DNA of 64,000 nucleotides from Myxococcota bacterium. Its GTDB lineage: Bacteria; Myxococcota; SpSt-1050. The position numbers were made by a program, and so were the translations under genes. Below are positions 59,323-64,000 of the stretch, piece after piece. A model generated the notes under the pieces. That model worked only from the letters and a program-made list of their open reading frames with translations. It was not told the DNA's origin and searched no databases. Numbering within the stretch: position 1 is the first letter of the stretch; each line of letters starts with the position of its first letter. Location of the stretch: the NCBI GenBank assembly GCA_049969675.1, contig JBMFOP010000001.1:47738-111737 (forward strand), given 5' to 3'.

Positions 59323-61008
59323 TTATTTGAAGATTGATAGGTCCAGTTCAATCCCCCTCTGTCTCAGTTCATCATAGAACCTGGGTATAAATCCAGTGGC
59401 TACAAATTCACCCAGCACCTTTCCATTCTCATCATAACCCTGCTGCTTAAAGAGGAATATATCCTGCATTGTGATAATATCTCCTTCCATTCCGGTAATC
59501 TCAGAGATATGAGTTACCTTTCTTGAACCATCCGAGAATCTGGACTGGTGCAGGATTATATTTATTGCAGAGGACACCTGCTCTCTAATCGCCTTTACTG
59601 GCAGATCAATACCAGCCATAAGGACCATCGTCTCAAGTCTCGCGAGCGCATCTCTCGGTGAATTTGCGTGTACAGTGGTAAGAGAGCCGTCGTGGCCAGT
59701 ATTCATAGCCTGTAACATATCCAGCGCCTCGCCTCCTCTGCACTCACCTACAATTATTCGGTCTGGTCTCATTCTGAGGCAGTTTCTGACCAGATCACGA
59801 ATGGTAATCTGTCCCTTCCCCTCAATATTGGGTGGTCTGGACTCAAGTTGCACCCAGTGCTCCTGTCTTAATTGCAACTCCGCTGCATCCTCAACTGTAA
59901 TAATCCTCTCATCATTTGAAATAAACTCACTCAATGCATTTAATGTTGTGGTCTTACCTGATCCAGTTCCTCCAGATATCAGTATATTTCTCCTGTAAAA
60001 GACACAGACCTTCAAGAACTCCACCATCTCAGGGCTTATTGTATTTGACCTTATGAGGTCATCCATTGTGAGTTTATCTTTCCTGAACTTTCTTATAGTG
60101 ATGGTCGGTCCCTTTATTGCGAGTGGAGGAATGATGGCATTTACTCGGGAGCCATCTTTGAGCCTGGCATCTACAAGCGGACTGGATTCATCTATCCTTC
60201 TTCCGAGAGGGGCTATGATTCTCTCTATCACACCCATCACTGCCTGGTCAGAAGAGAATGTCTTATCCGTAAGATATAACTTGCCATCTCTTTCAATATA
60301 TATCTGTCTTGCCCCATTCACCATAATTTCAGTGACAGACTTATCTGCAATAAACTCTTCAAGCGGCCCAAGACCCAGGGCCTCATCCACTATCTCTGAA
60401 ACTATCTTTGCCTTATCAACACCAGACGGATAGTTCCCCTCAGATTGTAACTGGTCTACTATCTGTGTAATCTTCTCTCGTGTCCTCTCGTATAATTCCG
60501 CTTCACCGAGCTTGCTGATATCAACCCTTCTTAAGTCCATCGCCTCAATCAGTCTTGAATGCACCTCTCTCTTGAAAGCAGAGATTATCTCCAGATCCTG
60601 ATTCTTTGCCTGAGACCTCTGTACTGCAGGGGGATTCCGGGGCATATTTGTCTTTGCCGATGGAGCTACCGGCGGAGGGGGCGGCGTCCTCTGCCTTACC
60701 TCTAACGGAGCCGGTTTGGGGGCTGAGCTCAGAAGGACAATCTCATATTCACCTATGCTTATCACATCATTGGGCTTTACAACCACCGGGCCATTAATCT
60801 GCTTCCCATTTACAAATGTACCGTTTGTACTCCCCAGATCCATCAGCACATATCTGCCGTCCTTAACCAGAAATCTCGCATGCCTCTTACTCACACTTGG
60901 AACGGGAAGGACAAGGTCGTTCTCCTGTGCCCTTCCGATAAATATCGTCTGCTTATTTATCTCCTCAATCCTCTCCTTGCCCTGACCTGAAATCTTCAAC
61001 CTGAACAT
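59323..61008 (-). CDS. cpaF: FHA-fused Tad pilus assembly ATPase (CpaF/TadA, KilF-like)
   Basis: N-terminal FHA, Pro linker, G.GPLE, GGTGSGKTT, LRMRPDRIIVGE.RG.EA, AMNTGH.GS. Confidence 0.92.
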   Translation of the reverse strand: MFRLKISGQGKERIEEINKQTIFIGRAQENDLVLPVPSVSKRHARFLVKDGRYVLMDLGSTNGTFVNGKQINGPVVVKPNDVISIGEYEIVLLSSAPKPAPLEVRQRTPPPPPVAPSAKTNMPRNPPAVQRSQAKNQDLEIISAFKREVHSRLIEAMDLRRVDISKLGEAELYERTREKITQIVDQLQSEGNYPSGVDKAKIVSEIVDEALGLGPLEEFIADKSVTEIMVNGARQIYIERDGKLYLTDKTFSSDQAVMGVIERIIAPLGRRIDESSPLVDARLKDGSRVNAIIPPLAIKGPTITIRKFRKDKLTMDDLIRSNTISPEMVEFLKVCVFYRRNILISGGTGSGKTTTLNALSEFISNDERIITVEDAAELQLRQEHWVQLESRPPNIEGKGQITIRDLVRNCLRMRPDRIIVGECRGGEALDMLQAMNTGHDGSLTTVHANSPRDALARLETMVLMAGIDLPVKAIREQVSSAINIILHQSRFSDGSRKVTHISEITGMEGDIITMQDIFLFKQQGYDENGKVLGEFVATGFIPRFYDELRQRGIELDLSIFK

Positions 61009-61025
61009 AAAAACCTCAGAAATAA

Positions 61026-62483
61026 CTAATCAAAGATATTGAATTTGACCTCACCCTTCGCCTTCTTGTATCTCGCCTTTATATCATCTATCATCTCCTT
61101 CACCCTCGGGGTATTTGGTGAGACAATCCTTGGAGTTACAAAGATTGCCAGATCCGTCTTCTTCTCCTGAAAATTTCTGGATTTGAAGAGCTCACCAATT
61201 ATCGGTATATGTCCCAAAAGTGGGAGTTTGCTCACATCCTTTGATTCATCATTGTGAAATAATCCAGAGAGAATAATCGTCTCACCGTGTTTTACAGTCA
61301 CTTTGGTAGATATCTTCCTCATCTTAAAACCGGGTATAGAGACACCAGAATTCGGGAGCATAATTGAAAGCGATCTATCCACATCACTTACCTCAGCATC
61401 TATACTCGTCTGAATATTCCCGAGAGAATCTGCATTTGGAGTAATCTCAAGCTTAACCCCAAAGTCTTTATATTCCACAGATGCAGAATCTCTGGTGATT
61501 AACGGAATAGGGATCTGACCACCTGATAAGAAACTCGCCTTCTCACCACTCGCAGAGATAAGTTTTGGCTGTGCAAGCACCCTTGAATATCCGTCATTAA
61601 ATTGAAATCCAAATGCAAAATCTGCACCTGCTGATGCGATTCCATTTGTAGTTATCTGCCTTGAAGACTCCCCCGAACCTTTGATAACATTCACATCCTG
61701 ATACTGAATGTTCCCTTGAAGATTTCCAGTTATATCAGTTGGATATTTAATTCCTATTTTGTCAAATGAGCCCCTCTTTATCTCTACAAATTGAACCTCC
61801 AGAAGGACCATCCTCTTTATTCCTATTGTAACCAGATTCTCCACCTGCTCACCCACAGCCCTGATTATAAGATCCAGCTTCTTCATATCCTCTGGCGATT
61901 CCACAGAACCTTCGAGATAGGCTGTATTGCCAACCACATTTGCATTTACATCCTTTATCCCATTTCTCTTTAAAGTTTCAATAAGCGCATTTGCAGAGAG
62001 TCTCTTGGCATTTGGGTTCAGTTTTACCATATTGGTGACATTCCCATAAAGTTTTGTAAGTTGAACCACGCGGTCATAGTCTTCGGTGGTAATGGCGTTG
62101 CCTTCAATAATTACCTGTTCTCCTACCTGATTCACCTTGATACCTTCTCTGTCTCCCATAAGACGTTTTACATCTGCCGCTGTAGCTTTCTGCGAAGAAG
62201 GTGTTACCTTGATTGAATAATCAATCTGCTTATTCCCCTTAAAGATCACTACATTTGTCTCACCCGGACCAACTGCTCTGATGATTATCTGATTCCCAAC
62301 TGCCGACACAGTTGCCACCGAAGAATCACCCTCTACCACCTTTGTTGCACCGGGGACAGACAATACCCTCTGCTGCCCTACGCCCAGAATAATCTGATTG
62401 GTCTGACCGGTCAACCCCTCATCGGCTGCGTAAAGTGATGTGCAAAGGATACCAAAAACTGAGATAAAAAAGATTTTTTTCAT
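61026..62483 (-). CDS. cpaC: Tad secretin CpaC/RcpA (KilC-like)
   Basis: Signal peptide, pilus N-domain, BON-like region, A.F.SGG.IP, FGV.L..TP, P.LG.IPIIG.LFKS, IFVTP. Confidence 0.9.
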   Translation of the reverse strand: MKKIFFISVFGILCTSLYAADEGLTGQTNQIILGVGQQRVLSVPGATKVVEGDSSVATVSAVGNQIIIRAVGPGETNVVIFKGNKQIDYSIKVTPSSQKATAADVKRLMGDREGIKVNQVGEQVIIEGNAITTEDYDRVVQLTKLYGNVTNMVKLNPNAKRLSANALIETLKRNGIKDVNANVVGNTAYLEGSVESPEDMKKLDLIIRAVGEQVENLVTIGIKRMVLLEVQFVEIKRGSFDKIGIKYPTDITGNLQGNIQYQDVNVIKGSGESSRQITTNGIASAGADFAFGFQFNDGYSRVLAQPKLISASGEKASFLSGGQIPIPLITRDSASVEYKDFGVKLEITPNADSLGNIQTSIDAEVSDVDRSLSIMLPNSGVSIPGFKMRKISTKVTVKHGETIILSGLFHNDESKDVSKLPLLGHIPIIGELFKSRNFQEKKTDLAIFVTPRIVSPNTPRVKEMIDDIKARYKKAKGEVKFNIFD

Positions 62484-62509
62484 AGTATAATCTCCCTAAA
62501 TATGCAATA

Positions 62510-62538
62510 TAATATATTTAATAGACAGTAAATGTCAA
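62510..62538 (-). promoter_or_regulatory. sigma70 promoter of the secretin operon
   Basis: Minus strand TTGACA followed 16-18 nt later by TATATT/TATTAT. Confidence 0.5.
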
Positions 62539-62931
62539 TTGTTATATGAATATACAATCTTGATTCAAATCCCAATTAAATTCAATAGCTTTTTTATACC
62601 CTCCTAAAGCGATATAATCATAATCAGAGAGAGACAAATTTAAAATCAATAAATTCGTTATAGAAATTTTCTGAGATTGAGAGTGAAAGGATTACTGATT
62701 TAATGATTTAAACCATTCTTTAGATAAAAAACTCACCCGACGAGTTAACCTTTTGAAAAGATTTGAAAAAAACACAGGTCAGTTTTTAACCCAATATCAC
62801 CCAACTGGTGAGAGGTTATTATGAAGTTCTTTTACATACACAGAGATATTTTAAGACAAAAAAATGATTTTGTATAGACTACTAATCCCACTCAATACAA
62901 AGAATCATACAGTTAAGGTTTTGATAATTTT

Positions 62932-63756
62932 CTATTTGCTCAATCTCTCTATTGCCTCTTCTGCTGCCTTTTTCACCTTTGGATGTTCATCTTTATTATC
63001 AAGGATCTTCTTAAGATGCGGTATCGCACCCTTATCCCCAATCTTTTGAATCGCCCTAATAACAAAAAAATGGTCATACCATCTAATATTTTCATTAAGA
63101 TATTCCAGCATAGTAGGTAGCGCAATTTTATATGGATTATAGTTTATGGCAAATATTATATCTGGTTTCATTTGTTCATCATCTTTGTATGTTAACAATG
63201 CCTTTATCTCTTCCTCACTGTGATAGTCTCTTTCTATCAGACTATATATTCCAGAGCATAATAATTCATCGTTTATACTTTTATTTATACACCCCTTTGA
63301 TATTAAAACTAAAATATCAATTTTAGACTTAGGGCTATTATATAGTTTCTTTATATATATCTTCGCAACTGCTCTCGGAATTGTAGTTAAAATTTCGGTA
63401 GTTGGATCGTGAATAGATAGATTTCCCTTTTTGCCAAATGGCCAATCCTTATTTAATTCAGCATATATCTCTCTTAATCTGGTTATGTCCTCTTCACTCC
63501 CTCTATCCCCAATTACATAGATGGCAGCCTTTCTTTCAACTATATCTTCCTTTGAATCAGTAAGAATTTTATATAACTCTTCTTTTGTCCTTGATATGTA
63601 ACTCTTCTTATTAATCATATAAAGAATTTCATTGAGTTCATCTTTCTCTACTTCAGTAGCGTCATAAAGCCTTTCAGCAAATGAATATCTACAAATAAGG
63701 AAGAAATAGATAATGAACTCTGATAAGAAAAAAGACAGTTTAATGATTTTTTTCAT
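62932..63756 (-). CDS. Exported HEAT-repeat protein (candidate immunity protein)
   Basis: Signal peptide; R.AA..IG and A..KIGD..AIP.L..IL...V..AA.EA HEAT repeats; GGAGG RBS. Confidence 0.75.
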   Translation of the reverse strand: MKKIIKLSFFLSEFIIYFFLICRYSFAERLYDATEVEKDELNEILYMINKKSYISRTKEELYKILTDSKEDIVERKAAIYVIGDRGSEEDITRLREIYAELNKDWPFGKKGNLSIHDPTTEILTTIPRAVAKIYIKKLYNSPKSKIDILVLISKGCINKSINDELLCSGIYSLIERDYHSEEEIKALLTYKDDEQMKPDIIFAINYNPYKIALPTMLEYLNENIRWYDHFFVIRAIQKIGDKGAIPHLKKILDNKDEHPKVKKAAEEAIERLSK

Positions 63757-63776
63757 AGTTTACCTCCGGTTTAATT

Positions 63777-63998
63777 TTAATAATTTGTCCCAGGTGCTGA
63801 CCAATCCCTGGGAAGAGAATTGTTTGGATAATTGTTCTCTACTCCTTTAGCTCTGCCCTCTGACCAATCCTTATATACTTGCCATTGGAAATTAGCAGAA
63901 AAAACTTTATTTTTACATGGATAATGTGTATCCTGCATTATATCACAGTTAGCTATCTCCCACTCATCATCCAGGCCATCTCCATCCTGATCATCGTA
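63777..63998 (-). CDS. C-terminal fragment of a secreted protein with a DxDGDG motif (window-truncated)
   Basis: Open frame from the window edge: YDDQDGDGLDDEWE...DWSAPGTNY*. Confidence 0.7.
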   Translation of the reverse strand, partial: YDDQDGDGLDDEWEIANCDIMQDTHYPCKNKVFSANFQWQVYKDWSEGRAKGVENNYPNNSLPRDWSAPGTNY

Positions 63999-64000
63999 AC

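Noticed and set aside
62720..62822. Riboswitch or IS end upstream of cpaC
   Set aside because: Short CTCACC/GGTGAG complementarity only; matches no motif I can support
1349..63326. Numerous short antisense/overlapping ORFs in the track
   Set aside because: Shadow frames of well-supported genes on the other strand or frame

Overview
This is an AT-rich bacterial chromosomal window; by eye it is far below the high GC of cultured myxobacteria, yet it carries Myxococcota/deltaproteobacterial signature genes (TIGR02266-type PilZ, Cys-rich lipoproteins, FHA-Tad cluster, conserved RHH protein). The core genes are rho, ruvX-mltG, rplU-rpmA-yebC-ruvCAB-lpxC, lptFG, yciO/SUA5-asnS, glnA, rdgB, tsaD, pgpA and tRNA-Leu(GAG). 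Six accessory features stand out. (1) A sigma54-driven three-gene cassette (2816-5154) whose first product ends in a segment aligning without gaps to the type III secretion needle subunit SctF/PrgI, followed by two translocator-like proteins, with no T3SS apparatus genes in the window. (2) An orphan nitrogenase-component-1-like heterodimer with a non-canonical Cys set and no NifH. (3) A secretin / FHA-ATPase / multi-FHA cluster in the order of the Myxococcus Kil (Tad-like prey killing) locus, continuing into MMPL-pgpA and lying next to a probable toxin/HEAT-immunity pair. (4) Two inverted relics of one IS4 (DUF4372) element, one enclosing foreign cargo. (5) A Cys-rich lipoprotein gene interrupted by an in-frame TGA. 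(6) A heme-c-motif diguanylate cyclase. No CRISPR array or rRNA was seen. All family assignments are from motif recognition, not database searches.
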